From assembly GCA_010093745.1 (NCBI GenBank), contig MU005968.1, positions 124,001 through 188,000 of the forward strand: a DNA stretch of 64,000 bases, given 5' to 3'. The stretch comes from Piedraia hortae CBS 480.64. Taxonomy: Eukaryota. Below are positions 48,639 through 60,752 of this stretch, piece after piece; the first letter of the stretch is position 1; each line of letters opens with the position of its first letter. The notes under the pieces are model-generated. The model was not told where the DNA came from. It did not search any database and saw nothing but the letters and a program-made list of their open reading frames with translations. A program made the translations under genes and the position numbers.

Positions 48639-49877
48639 ATGGCTGGCCAGGCCGTGTCACTCTACCTGGCACGGGCAGTCCCGATCTTTCTCGGCCTCAT
48701 TGTCGCGTACGTGACATATGTATTAATTGGCCCGCTGAGCATCAATTACCTCCTCAATCCTCCAGAGGGACGTGTCCGTCGTGGTCCTGCCGGCCTTGCC
48801 ATTCCAATTGTGTGGGCAATTCTTTTGTTTCCACTGATTGTGACGTGGCTACGACTTCTCACAGTCCTTTATGGCGATCCGGGATACGTAAAGATTCAAG
48901 ATGGTAAAGATCCGCCGCAGGATTTCTGGACCCGGGATGTCTTCGTTTGTGACATCCTCGGGCGACCGCTCTGGTGCGAGGCATGTCAAACGTGGAAACC
49001 AGATCGTGCCCATCATAGCCGTGATGCTGGCCGATGCATATTGAAAATGGACCATTTCTGCCCCTGGGTTGGCGGCGTTGTTGCTGAAAGGTCGTACAAT
49101 TTCTTTGTCCAGTTCCTAGGTTGGGCCATGCTCTTGTCGGCGTATGATGTGGCCATCCTGGGCTACTTTGTACACGAAGATCATTCGCATCCACATTGGT
49201 TTGTGGCATTGTCTCTAGGCGCATTCTTCTGCTTCTTCACCATTGGCATGGTGATCAACAATTTGTGGTTGATAGCTAACAATGCCACATCAATCGAAAA
49301 CTTGAGCCGCAGAAGTCGTAGAATGTTCCTCGCCGTTGCATTGCCGCCGGAGCTTCAGAATATCTCAGAGCGGCCGAGGACGTCTGATTTCACCTCTGAA
49401 ATTGATGACCCAGCTCATTCACGATACGGCAGAGAAGGAAACTGGCCTATGCGGCGTCTTGCGAAGTCGGAATATTGGAAAGGCACCGTGAGTTATCCGC
49501 TAACTCCCCCAACGGATCGCCCTCCTTTACCCGCAGCCAACCCGCGAGTTTTTGCCATCATCGAGACCCCCCCTGGGCTGAATCCATGGGATCTCGGCAG
49601 TGCTCGGCGAAACTTTAGTTCAGTCTTTGGAGCGAATGTCCACCGCTGGTTATTTCCCTTTCGCCATTCCCCGTGTTGCGATCACTCATCTCGGGTATCA
49701 TTTTACCCAATGGGTCCTCAATTCGAAGAGCTTCTGGAACAAGTTGGTTTAGTGCGACGCGAGGAAACCAGGGCACCTGAACAACGTCCTGTCTTGAGTG
49801 AGGGCTGGCGAAACGGCGAAAGACCCGACAGCTGGTGGATTGGTAAGGAGTTGAGGCGCATGGAAAGGTATGCATAG
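48639..49877 (+). CDS. PFA5: DHHC-family palmitoyltransferase, PFA5-like (DHFC variant)
   Basis: Four TM segments, CEACQTWKPDRAHH..GRCILKMDHFCPWVGGVV, NATSIENL and NPWDLG..NF..VFG. Confidence 0.85.
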   Translation: MAGQAVSLYLARAVPIFLGLIVAYVTYVLIGPLSINYLLNPPEGRVRRGPAGLAIPIVWAILLFPLIVTWLRLLTVLYGDPGYVKIQDGKDPPQDFWTRDVFVCDILGRPLWCEACQTWKPDRAHHSRDAGRCILKMDHFCPWVGGVVAERSYNFFVQFLGWAMLLSAYDVAILGYFVHEDHSHPHWFVALSLGAFFCFFTIGMVINNLWLIANNATSIENLSRRSRRMFLAVALPPELQNISERPRTSDFTSEIDDPAHSRYGREGNWPMRRLAKSEYWKGTVSYPLTPPTDRPPLPAANPRVFAIIETPPGLNPWDLGSARRNFSSVFGANVHRWLFPFRHSPCCDHSSRVSFYPMGPQFEELLEQVGLVRREETRAPEQRPVLSEGWRNGERPDSWWIGKELRRMERYA

Positions 49878-49978
49878 CCTGTATTGCACAAAAGCACGGA
49901 GTCATGGTTGATACGCACATACGGTAATGCTGTTTCATTAAAAGGCTCGGAGTTATCAGTTATGTACATAGAATAATG

Positions 49979-50827
49979 CTACAACATCTCCCTTCGCCAT
50001 ACTCGGTTGGCGAGGCTTTCAATTTGTTTAATTTCCACTGGGCCCTGTACGCTACCATCGCTCAGAGCCTCCACCATGGCATCTGCCACCACATCCGCCT
50101 TTAGAGGCTTGGCACCCGCAGAGCCCATCAAGGAAGAAAGACCCCCCCCAACAAGGCTATTAGCTAAGAAACCCCCGTACGTCAACGCAGCCAAAGGCAT
50201 GGTAAACGACCGACTACTGTCATAAAGAAACCCCGGCCTGATGAACACACCCCTCATCCTCGGAAACCGAGCATGAATAGTCGCTTCGGCCTCACGTTTC
50301 GTCGTAATATACCTCGCCGGTAGCACCGGCGCCCCTGCCGCCGCAGACACGAACCCAAAGACCGGCACATTCGCCTCATTCGCTTCCTTCGCCAACAACA
50401 CCGCCGAATCGCGATTCATAAGCTCGTATGTAAGCTCTCCACCTGTCCTAACACTCCCCTCAAGCGGCCTCGAAGTTGCATCTTCCTTCTTCGCCGCAAA
50501 CGCACGCTGTAATCCCGAAATGGGCGACTCCTTCACCGACAACACCCCCTTGTAATCCGCCTCAAGCAGAATTCCCATTGAATGCACCACGGCCGTTGCG
50601 TCTTGGAGGTCTTGGCGGTAAGTCTCCGGTTGGAGGATATTGGCGGATCGCCAGGTTACTTTCTTCGACCACTGTGGAGCCGTTTGGTGGGAAGATACGT
50701 TTGGCCAGCTCGGCTCGCCAGACCGACTGATAGAGACTACGTCCCAGTTGCGGGTGACGGCGGCGCAGCAGATGCGACTCCCTAGGAAGCCGTTCCCGCC
50801 GCAGACTACGAGTTTTTTGGGGGTCAT
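49979..50827 (-). CDS. COQ11: Atypical SDR / NAD(P)-binding epimerase family, COQ11 (YLR290C)-like
   Basis: LVVCGGNGFLGSRIC, VVHSMGILLEADYK, TYELMNRDSA, RYITTKREAE and IRPGFLYD. Confidence 0.8.
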   Translation of the reverse strand: MTPKKLVVCGGNGFLGSRICCAAVTRNWDVVSISRSGEPSWPNVSSHQTAPQWSKKVTWRSANILQPETYRQDLQDATAVVHSMGILLEADYKGVLSVKESPISGLQRAFAAKKEDATSRPLEGSVRTGGELTYELMNRDSAVLLAKEANEANVPVFGFVSAAAGAPVLPARYITTKREAEATIHARFPRMRGVFIRPGFLYDSSRSFTMPLAALTYGGFLANSLVGGGLSSLMGSAGAKPLKADVVADAMVEALSDGSVQGPVEIKQIESLANRVWRREML

Positions 50828-51689
50828 TGTTGGTTGAGGTTAGGGATGTGTAGGAAGGGAGGGTTGATCGGTGGATCTTTATAGCCGGATGTTGGAGCTG
50901 GGATGGTTTGAGTATGGTTTCTATGTAGTGCATGAACCGAACCTGCGTGTTCAGCTCGTTAATGGTGGATCGACGTCTCGCGGTGCTTACATAAGTAGCG
51001 GAGCTAAGGCTTGGCCGCACTGCCGCGCCACTGAAATTTATTCCCGCTTCAGCTTTTTGCACAATTCCACGTTTAGCTCATACGGCGAAAAAACTTTTTG
51101 GCGAACACATTCTCAACATGTCTCCAAACATCTCGGCCTATCCATAGCGCCCAGGGTCAGAAACCACCGGCTCCACGCTCCATGATGGAAGTGGTGGCCC
51201 CCCAGCCTGCGGGATATGGCACTGCGATAGCCATTAACAAGCGTTCGTGCCTTGAAGGCATACGCTAGCCTGGTGTCTGGAGACTGAAGAAGATGCCCAC
51301 CGTCTCTATCCCTAGAGGAGCTGCCTGCTTTTTTGCGCATCGTTTTCTTCAAGCTGCGGATAATAACTATCATGCATCCAAGAACTTGATCAAGAAGTAA
51401 CGAAGACTTGTCAGTGCCACGATGTGGCCCACTTGCATTACTCGTCATGGCATCAGTTCCCATGTCGGAAAACTGAGCAAACTTCTCACAAACTCGGCGG
51501 GCGCTCGCCCGGAAGGTCGAGTGATCCGGTCTTGATGGGACTGCAACACGATGGTTGACATGAGCATGCGCTAGAGGGGACGATGGTACTCATCCCCGAT
51601 CTCAGCCTTGATACTCGCCATGTCCTGGGCGAGGAATGTGGTAACGCACTTGAAGACCAGATTCGCGCGCTAGTCGTCGGGCCTTTGTT

Positions 51690-52030
51690 GGCGGCGGCGA
51701 CAGACTATTTTCTTGCCGCCGCCTCTACTAAACGCTTTTGCGTGCCTTGCAGACGGCGGATACCTACGAAGATATCCAAAGGTGATCACGCCATGTTCGT
51801 CCATACGGTACCATCTCCGTGAGTTCGACAACGTTCCACAAGGAAGAGATGTTTACCTACCGCCATTCAAAGCTACGCAATGTTGCCAAACCCTGAACGG
51901 CATCATGAAGAAGCGGAGGAAAACCCAGCAGGTCATCAGCGAGAAAAGTTACCCGTTAGCGAAGCAGACGAGCTTCGTGTACGCTCTCTCCGCCGTTCAC
52001 AAATTTGCAAATTAGAACGGCTAGTCGGAA
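51690..52030 (+). mobile_element. Harbinger (HARBI1/DDE_Tnp_4) nuclease C-terminal fragment
   Basis: LADGGY..ITPCSSIRYHLREF..FTYRHSKLRNV..GIMKKR..YPLAKQTSFVYALSAVHKF. Confidence 0.75.
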
Positions 52031-52712
52031 GCGGAGGAGGATGCAGAGTTCCTCCGCAGCGTAGACGAGCACATTGAGTCACAGGCTACATCGTCTGACT
52101 AGGGGTCGATCATTCGATCCCCGAGAAACGGAGATATCGGGATTGGCGGGATGTGTAGTGACTTAGACAGTAGCGAGGAAGGAATTTGCAGTCACAGTGG
52201 ATGTCATGGAGGGGATCTACGCTACAAAGAGTACCAAAATTACGGAACCTATTCCCCAGTGCGTGCGTAAAGCACACACCTAGTTCAAATGATGCTTGGA
52301 CAATCGCCTCGGCGACCTATGGGAGCTCCATGAGAGCATAATACAGACGGTAAAGGAAGCGTAGAACAGTTTCCAGCCGAGATATGCGTCAAAAGCCCAA
52401 ACTTCTCGCCGCAACAATTTTGGTTGTGCTGCCAATAACAAGAGGGACCTGATTGAGTGGCTTCAGGTTCGACCGACCTGACAACAAAACCCCATCCGGG
52501 GGGAATTGAGATTATGCACTCCAGCCGCGCATATCTCGTCACTAATTCCGTGGAAACGCCAGTGAAAAAGGTTATTTCCTTTCCATGTCTTGTTCCTAGA
52601 TGGATTTGACCTGTTCCGGAACATGTATACATCTCTCATAGGGGTTTATGCGCAACCGGCTGGGTTACCGTTCAGCGAACGCCAGGCCCGCACAAACATC
52701 TACCCGCAGACA

Positions 52713-52838
52713 CGTACGGCGAGGAACCCGGGAACTGAAGAGCAAGCGCTAAGTGGATGCGATCACTACGATATCGCAGCGATACAGGAACCAGCTTGGA
52801 GTAGGCAAACCGAAGCGCCACCATGTTCCAGTAACAGA
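52713..52838 (+). mobile_element. LINE AP-endonuclease N-terminal fragment (126 bp insert)
   Basis: YDIAAIQEPAW matches the D(I/V)...QEPW endonuclease motif. Confidence 0.6.
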
Positions 52839-52939
52839 CTTGGACCTCATGGGAGCAACCTTCGTGGTGTTGTGGGTGGTCTTGGTTTTACGCTAGACAA
52901 ACACGATGGTGGTGTTCAAACAGACTGGACTCAACTTCC

Positions 52940-53190
52940 TAATGACAGGTGTAGAACTCGATTTGGCGGTCGCTCCTGCAGCGTCAGGCTAGACGACCGC
53001 CAACACCATTGCAACGCGGCCTTCCCCAAGGCTCGCCAATCTCACCCATCATGTTCATACTGTACATCCAGCCAATATTGGACAGCTCAAGCAGATTCGG
53101 ATACGCTGACAATATTGCCGTCTTGGCCTCCGGCCGCACTACCAGTACGAAAAGGTCCAAGCCTGGTGCGATGCCAACACTGTGACGCTG
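52940..53190 (+). mobile_element. Tad1-clade LINE RT fragment (insert)
   Basis: FGGRSCSVRLD, then GLPQGSPISPIMFILYIQPILDSSSRFGYADNIAVL (53018..53125). Confidence 0.85.
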
Positions 53191-54849
53191 GAATCGACAT
53201 AGGCCTGAGTGGTGATATGCCGCAACAAAACGAGAATAGCAGAATGCTACATCAATCTGCAATGCCGTGCTTGTGACTGAAAAGGGGAATCTTACACGAG
53301 TACCGCCAACATCTGCCGCTTCTGCCATCTGGCACTCGTTTTCCCCTCACGAAGAGACCCCCTTAGCTGTAGAGCAAATTCCAGATCCACAGGAACAATA
53401 ATGAGTTGGTCATCAATCAGTGGAGCTTATGGCATCTAACGATGCTCGGTGGGTGGCGTCAATCTACGTCAAAGCTGTGCATCATCAGGAAAACGTATGG
53501 ATGTGAATAGGTCGCCAATCCAGATGATGCTGTCAGGCTCAATATGCATAGTACTCGCCTTATCGAGCCAGCGCATGCAGAATTTCAATGCCTTGCCAAA
53601 GGAATGCACTTGTGTCTTCTCAAGTATTCCACATCTTGACGAAAAATCCGCTGGCAGAGATTCAGAGCCAATTATGTCAACTCTAAAATGAGTGAGACTG
53701 GTGAGTGCGGCGGGATCACGGTCTGTGTTGACTATACTCTGCTTCCAGGGGCTTAGCGTATCGCCTCTTTACACTCGACTGAACAAACTGATAACGTCGA
53801 GTGTGCTGCACACGCTGCCATGACCCTTCAACTTGCAGACAGCATGACCATCAAGGGGACATTACCCTGGGAGGCTCGACGATCTTCGTGTGCACAGGGA
53901 GCGAGGCTGGGCACCGCGGGGAATAGCTGGGCTGGGATGGGAAGATCCATTTGATGAGACTCAAGACCATGGTTCACCCGATTTGCGTCTTTGGTGTACG
54001 GTGGCGAAGCTCACGAAAATGCTGTGGCAGTCATCCATGGCAGACCTCGGCACTTGGTCAACAGTCGCCAAGCATATGCTTCACCTCTGGGTAGACGTTT
54101 TTAATTCAGATTACCAAGTTCCACGTGGAGGTGCCCGTGATCGTGCCCGTGGTCGAGGAAGGAGTCGCGCTGGAGACATTCATAAATCAATCTGGAGGCC
54201 ATACCGATATGGACACTGCGACCGACAGCGAAAGCAAGCCTGAGCCTCTTACCACAGATGGGGGTATGGATTTGTATGAAGGCCTCTGGTCTGTCATGTG
54301 CAAGACCAAGCTCCACTATCCGGTACATATACCGCTGTGGAGTAAGAGATTTGGGCCAATACTCGGCGCATCCACACAGATCCAGGAATCCACAAACAAG
54401 TACCTGTACCCGATCGAACAAGCTGGCGTTGTCTTGAGACCTAGCAAAACGAGTCGCCATTGTCGAAGGGGCCCGCTTCGTAGCATAGAGAAGCTGGAGG
54501 TACCACAATGATGCCATGACACAGGCTGGCCGCAACGCCGGCAGACTCTTCCAGTATCCAGGGATCCGTCGGGCTCCCGGTGGAAAAACCTCAGCCGCGG
54601 ACAACTATGTGGACATCAAAACCCGTGACCCGCGCCGTACACGATATCATTGCGGCTAGGTATGGCTTGCGGTGGAGCCATGGCATATACAGAAGCTTTA
54701 CTGCCGTACACGGCCGTGCCGGTTTCAAGACCGGCTCGTTCATCCAAGCTATCTCTCTAAACCACCTGCACCAAGTCAGCTTTGTCCTGCGCTGCCGTTG
54801 TCTTGGAAGGAGAGTTTGGACGCGTGTATCCAGAAACGGAGATTGAATT

Positions 54850-54950
54850 GTTGTGCGACGACCGAGAGCTCCCATTGCTGGCAGCTCATGAAGAAGATGT
54901 TCCGCCTAATCCGTGAAACCTTCAACCTTTTACTGGAGAAACCCGAGTGT
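54850..54950 (+). mobile_element. Possible Harbinger N-terminal remnant
   Basis: SSHCWQ..KKMFRLIRETFNLLL resembles F...FRM.R.TF..L. Confidence 0.35.
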
Positions 54951-56199
54951 GACCTCTCGTCACCTCGACGAAGCTTTCGCTCAATGTATAGCAGCTCTGT
55001 CACAGTAGCTGTGGATCAGCCACGTTTCGCTCAGAGCGCGAAAGAGTCGCTGTTCAAGTCCGGAAACACCACGGACCGGAGGAAGTGGATCGACAATGTT
55101 TTACCGGCGATGGAAACTATTCCATCCTCTCGTGCCGGGAACTAGACGCCCGAACTCGCCCGGATAGATACCACGCCGGTGGAATGATGATATCGTTGCG
55201 AGCGGCCCCCGCAACTTAGCCAGATGGCGACCACCCTATGCGAATTATCCGAGGTTGAGCGTAAGTTCTCTCGTGCGCAGCGTACATGCTCTTGGGATCG
55301 GCTGAGCATCACATGTGACCGAATAGAAAAGATTGAGTGCGTAGGCAGTTGTTTACGTAAAGGTTTGGTCAGGACAGATGATGGCACACTGGGCGGTAAG
55401 GTAGTTCTTGCAGTTGATGATGTTGGAGATTTTGAGGCTGTATTTGCATCATTTAACGCGGTCCCAGGGAATGGATTGCAGTCTCCCGCGAAGTAGCATA
55501 ACAAAGTACACATTCCTTACTGCGAGTACAAATTATAACCCTAAAGCTACACAAACTGTTCGTTGAGCTACGAGTTTCCTACCGCGGCGGGTACGCGATT
55601 AGCTACAGGCTTCTTATCGCGTGCATTAAAACTGTATTGAGACCGGGTGTTGGCTGGATCTCGTTTTCCTTATGGGATTTTGTTCGAAAAGATGTCAACC
55701 ATGAACGCGCTCTTTAACTAACTTCCATGGGCGTGATTCCCCGCAACTTTAATGGAAAGTGGGTGTCTAGTCCGATACCAAACTGAACAAACGGTGGGAT
55801 TCGTAAAAGCGCGTGGTCAACAGACACGGCCTTACAGCGGAGCAGATGCACGTTTTGGTACAAGTCTCTGCTATAGATCTATTTTTTTGATCAGGTAGCC
55901 ACGAACTACTGTAGCGTGCGATCGTGTTAAATGATACAAACAAACAAATGCATAATTCGATGTCACGATGACACACCCTGCTGGCCAAGTAGAGGAACGT
56001 ATCCGATGCCGTCGGTAAAAAAGCCAATTTGATAAAACACTGCACCACTTTTATGAAGTCGGCGAGCGGACAGAGTAGGAGTCGTTTCCCGGCGCAGCGG
56101 CCCCCAGTCAGAATCCAATCTGCTCTTACGCGCGGCTGCAGAGTTTCTGTCAAGTTCGAACGCCCAGCCAGGGCGGGTTTGACGCAAAGGCTTTTTGTG

Positions 56200-56950
56200 T
56201 CAAATCAAGGTCTCATGAATCGCCGGAGTGCAAAACAGCATTCACTGCCCCGGCGCGCTTGGCGCGAAGAGCCACACCAGCCTCATACGAAGGTCGATCA
56301 CTTCGTTCGCGATGGGTCGACAGTTGGTGTATGCAAGTACCTCGCGCGCTGGACTTTCGCGCCGTTGCACCGCCACAGTCGGAGTCTCATGGCTACAGAT
56401 AGGTCAATAAATGGTCGTATGGTCAAAAGCACACGCGTATTCGTTGTCATGGTGCTGATTGCTCGTTGATGAATCGCAGGGCAATCAGTGCGCATCTCGC
56501 CTTGTCAGGTTTCTTAGAAGATTATGCCTTAAAAGAAGGTCGATGAATCCGCGAAGATGCCGGACGATTTCACTACACGTCCTGCTGCCAATCCTCTTCC
56601 CTTCAGCACGCCGCAATGACTTTCTTGGAAACCCCAACACGTAAATCATGCTCCGAGGGGCATACAGGCGTCTCCTCTGCCGCAAGGCACACTTCCAGCA
56701 TTTTTATCTTTCCAGCATTTTTATCTCGTGGAGCTGCGAAGCAGCCTGCAAGGGTTGGCACGCCCAGTAGTCTGTCCTGTCTTATTGGCCACTCTTAAGC
56801 TGATCTTTTCCATTCGGGTTCTCTGCGTATGTGCTGGGGATTGCTGCTTTAAGAGATCAATCGACGCGAAAACTCTTCTGTTGGAAAGGAAACCACGGGT
56901 GTGGGACTTCAGATGCCTGTGCTTGCGTTTCTGCTTGATGGTGCAGATCT
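56200..56950 (-). mobile_element. Possible pogo-like transposase N-terminal remnant
   Basis: Weak, broken similarity: SHTRGF..ASID, ISLRVA, GFIDLLLRHNL and SHETP. Confidence 0.3.
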
Positions 56951-57084
56951 CCACCTATATCTCCCGGTGCTGTGGGGACCGTTCACGTCCAGACGACAAC
57001 CTTCCTGAGGCGCTTGATCAGGTTGCCGAACAGGAATGTTGACCTCGACTTGGGCTGGTTGACGACTCCTTCCCAAATACCCTT

Positions 57085-57190
57085 GGGCTCTTCTATTTCA
57101 GATTTTTTAGCCCTTTCTGCACAGCCGAGTTAAGTCCATGTGCCTTGTTCTTCCCACATCTAGTAGCTTTTCCCAGCTCTTCAGTGTTTG
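57085..57190 (-). mobile_element. Possible hAT fragment
   Basis: TRCGKNKAHGLNSAVQKGLKNL resembles RC.AH.LNL.VQ.GL. Confidence 0.35.
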
Positions 57191-58494
57191 ATTCCCTGAA
57201 AACGCAGTTCTTCCCCTTCGCGTACAAACCCGGACGAGCCAAGGAACCAGTGTAAAGGGATCACACTCTCCACCCAACCCAGTCCTTCTACGTTGCCAGC
57301 TCCTCAACGGTTTAATAGCGCCGAACACTTTACTCCCACCACCAAGCAAAGCCATGGACGGGGGACAGCCCGCTAGCACAACGCCGGTCGCACAATGTCT
57401 TTATGATGTGGTGACATTGTCGCGCCAGGCGCACTTCCTTCACCGACCTCCGCGTCGGTCTTGGATATGGCGAACTCTGTGGCTCGACACTCGTTTGCTG
57501 TCGTGTGTATTCCGCCGTACCACCAAGGCTCGCAAGCGATCTTCAGAAGACCTAGCTGATCAAGAAAGCAAAGCGGCCACAGCGGTTTAGGAAATTATCA
57601 ACATGAGAGGCTGTGATGTCGTCTGGACGTGTGTGGTAAACGGCGTTTCCGGAGAGGAGGGAAACATGTTCGCTTTGGCCCTATCCGTGAGAAGAAATTC
57701 CCGCCTTCCCCCGGGTGGGAATTATCTTCCCGCGAATAAGCCCCGTGCTCGCTTCTGCTAGACTGCTCCCGCCATAAGCAGTCGCCATAAGAGGACCTGG
57801 GCGTACCCAAACCAATTCCTCAAGTCTAATTTGTCGAAGAATTTGGTGAGTATCGGGCATTGTTGCATTCAGATTGTTCTCCTCCGATTCGGCGCAAAAA
57901 GAAATCCGCCTGTACCATGAACCACTCCACGCTTGCACAACGGACCGTAGAGAAGGTTTCCTGTTAGTCCACGCCGTACCGTTGGATAAAGCCGTATGCG
58001 ACTAGTCGATCTTTGAGCTTGTCTAGGGAGTCGTCATAAATGGCAAGGTGCATGGATAGGGATGGACATCATAGCGGGAATGCTGGTCGTTGGAGAAGTG
58101 CTCCACGTTGATGGTGAAGTGCCTTTCACTTAAGGGCCCGGATCTCGTTGACGCCGCCGCCCTTTCACCCATATAGTCTGATGGTGAACATTTTGGAAGT
58201 TTAACTTTTGGTGGAGGCATTGACGGGCAGAATAAAAGGGTCGCTTCCCGGGTGTAGGATTTGATTCGATTTTGGTTTTTATCTCGTCCCGGGTGGAGGA
58301 CTGCCATCGTGAACAGTTTCAACTTGAAATGACCGGGCAGTGAGCTAGATAGTAGGAGCAGCTTTGCCCGATGCAATTCACGCTGGCTTGCCTCGTTTTC
58401 TGTTTTGGAGATGGGTGTGGCCGACGCAGTTGGGAACGGGGAAAATCTTTTTCTGCTTCCGACCCCTACTGTGGCAGGGAGGTGGGCAAAAAAA

Positions 58495-58613
58495 ACCTAC
58501 AGCAGCGGGGATTCCCACGCGGTCACCCACCGTAGTACTAATACGCCGGTTCGCAGCTTAAGTTCAGGAGAGCGGACGGGATCCTCTGTTCTCTGCAACC
58601 TATGGCTGTAAGT
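58495..58613 (-). rRNA. Dispersed 5S rRNA gene (divergent variant)
   Basis: 119 nt: ACTTACAGCCATAGG...TCCCGTCCGCTC...CTTAAG...TTAGTA...GGGTGACC...GAATCC...GCTGTAGGT. Helix I pairs fully, a T-run terminator follows (58488..58494), and an ATAGATA element lies about 25 nt upstream. Confidence 0.93.
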
Positions 58614-58820
58614 GATCGTGATGTTGTTGGTGTGGTATCTATTCAGGGGTTGTCACCGTGTGGAACGTGACGACGCACAAAAAGATAAGATTCAAGCTTC
58701 GACTGCAATTTGAACGACTACGTACGTTTGACAGTCATTCTATTATCCAGCATGCGCCGTAACGAAACCATTGCCCTGCAATTGGAACTGATTAATGAGT
58801 TATTCATATGTACCTCCCAT

Positions 58821-59734
58821 TTAAGCACACTTGGTGAGGCCGTACTGAGCCGATCCGTCCTTGCCGAAGATGCCAAACGGAAGGCCGGCGTTGTAGTCTA
58901 CATCAATGTACCAAAAGACGTGCATCTTCTTGAACACGTCGCAGGCAACGTCGGTCCAGTACTTTTGAGCATTTTGCACAGAGGGCTTAGCCGGGCCCAA
59001 GCTCGCGCCAGACAGAGGCCAGCCGGTCTCGGTCAGCCAAACCCACTTGCCGGGCGAGATCTTGTTGACCTGCTTGCGGGTCACCGAAACGGCGTTCCAG
59101 AAAGTCTGGTATGCATCATCAATGGAGGCATGCTCGAAATAACTAGGCATACGTCAGCGTATGCGGTCAAGAATTGACTGCGAACTTACGGGAAAGTGTT
59201 TAGACCGATAAAGTCAGAGGCCCTGATGACATCGGCATTCGTGCCGTTGATCCAGCGGGTCCAGGTATCAACGTGGCCGACCGACTTTTGCACGCCCATG
59301 CCACGCACCATCGTACGGACATCGTTGATGCGGCTAACAAGAGTGGCAGGATCAATGTCCATGCGATAAAGATCCTCCGACCCGACAGATATGGCGATGA
59401 TCCAGTCGCTACCGTGGGCGGTGATGGCCTGCTGCAGGGCCGCTTTCTCGTTGTTGAAATGGGTCTCGTCTGTGGCCCAGACACCAACCAACAAGCCGAC
59501 GTTGGCGGCAATGGCAGCAGGAACGGCATTGGCGAGGGTGCCGCAGTCGCTGCTTGCATAAACGCGCACAGAGGTGACGTGTTCGGGATGGGCCTTCAGC
59601 TTGTTAAAGGCATCCGTCCACTGTTGCTGGGACTTGCAGCTGCCATCGGGGTTCTGGGCGGCGACATTAAAGCCCTTGTAGTAGGCAGAGGTAAAGGGAA
59701 GGACTGCGGCGAGGGCGGCGAGAGAGAAGCGCAT
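58821..59734 (-). CDS. Secreted GH17 beta-1,3-glucanase/glucanosyltransferase (intron 59143..59189)
   Basis: Signal peptide, KGFNV, VRVYASSDC, ISVGSEDLYR, GHVDTW, FP|YFE and WLTETGWP (both catalytic Glu present). No GPI tail. Confidence 0.92.
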
Positions 59735-60752
59735 TTTGAACGAGTGTTTAATAGAGAGTGTAGCGTAGGAGAGTAGAAGACCGCTGAAAAACCAAAATGC
59801 CCAAAAGTATTAATGTCTTTTTACCGCCGCGAGCCACGCGTGGCGCCGGCGGCTCGGCCTCTGCATATGAAATTGGTCTTGTTGCAGCCAATGAATTGCG
59901 CGTGCCTAGGCCCAAAACAGGCCGTGAGTGACGCGGCCGCGGATCCCGATCCACTTGACAGGGTCAAAAATAGTGCAGAAACAATGACAGTGACACCGGC
60001 CCGAGAATTACCCTAGACGGATGACGTAATCTCAGATGGCATTTGCTCTCGAAAAAGGCGGATACGAGCGAGTAGCGTGGCGATGGATAAGCCTTCGAAT
60101 TCACTAGAATCTCTGCATGTTGCAGCTACAGCAAGCCGCAAAGGCCACCAGAGGTAAAACGACGCATAATGTCGGTATATGTCGGCGGTGCTGCAAGTAA
60201 TCTTCCAGAAGCATCGCTGACTCAGGGTCGACCAGCATTTAGCGACCCGTTGGGGACGTTGGGGATTGCAGGGTCCAAGGTGGGATGACAGGGAGTTCAA
60301 CGTCGTATCAAGGTAACTGCACGTGGAATAGCCATTACAAGGTGGACTTTAATCTGTAAACACTTGTCAAGCTGCCTGTCAGAAGATCGTAGTACCTCAT
60401 GACGTATAAATGCTCAATGTGTGAAACCGAGCCCATTTCCAACGTGAGAAAGCAGGCACTTTCGATACCAATTCCTCGAGCAGTACATCCTCTGGCTGTA
60501 CCAACGCGTGGCAGCCACGTGTTTGAAGGTCTGGTGCGAACAACACTCCACCTCCGGCACGCACCGATCCATCGGCCCGTACCGACCCGACTAGCAACGG
60601 CCCGTACGCGCATCAGTCGTTGGCGAAGGCGTAGGCACGGCGTAGCAGCAGGTACCCTCAAAAAGCCAATAAGAGTAGAGTGTGATTGACCAGAGACGCT
60701 GCTGGGCGGCTGCGCGAGACCCCATGTAAACGACTGGAGCGAGCGGCAGACA

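Larger units (their letters stand above)
52480..54420 (+). mobile_element. Degenerate CACTA/EnSpm-like transposase, copy B, with LINE-derived inserts
   Basis: PIRG/EIMH, FLDGFDLFRNMYTSLIGVY, ERQARTNIYPQT/LGPHGSN, GDMPQQNENS; downstream LWCTVAKLTKMLWQ and KLHYPVHIPLWSKRFGP..STQIQES (K.H...H.....RFGP....TE.FES-like). The downstream part may belong to a separate element. Confidence 0.65.
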
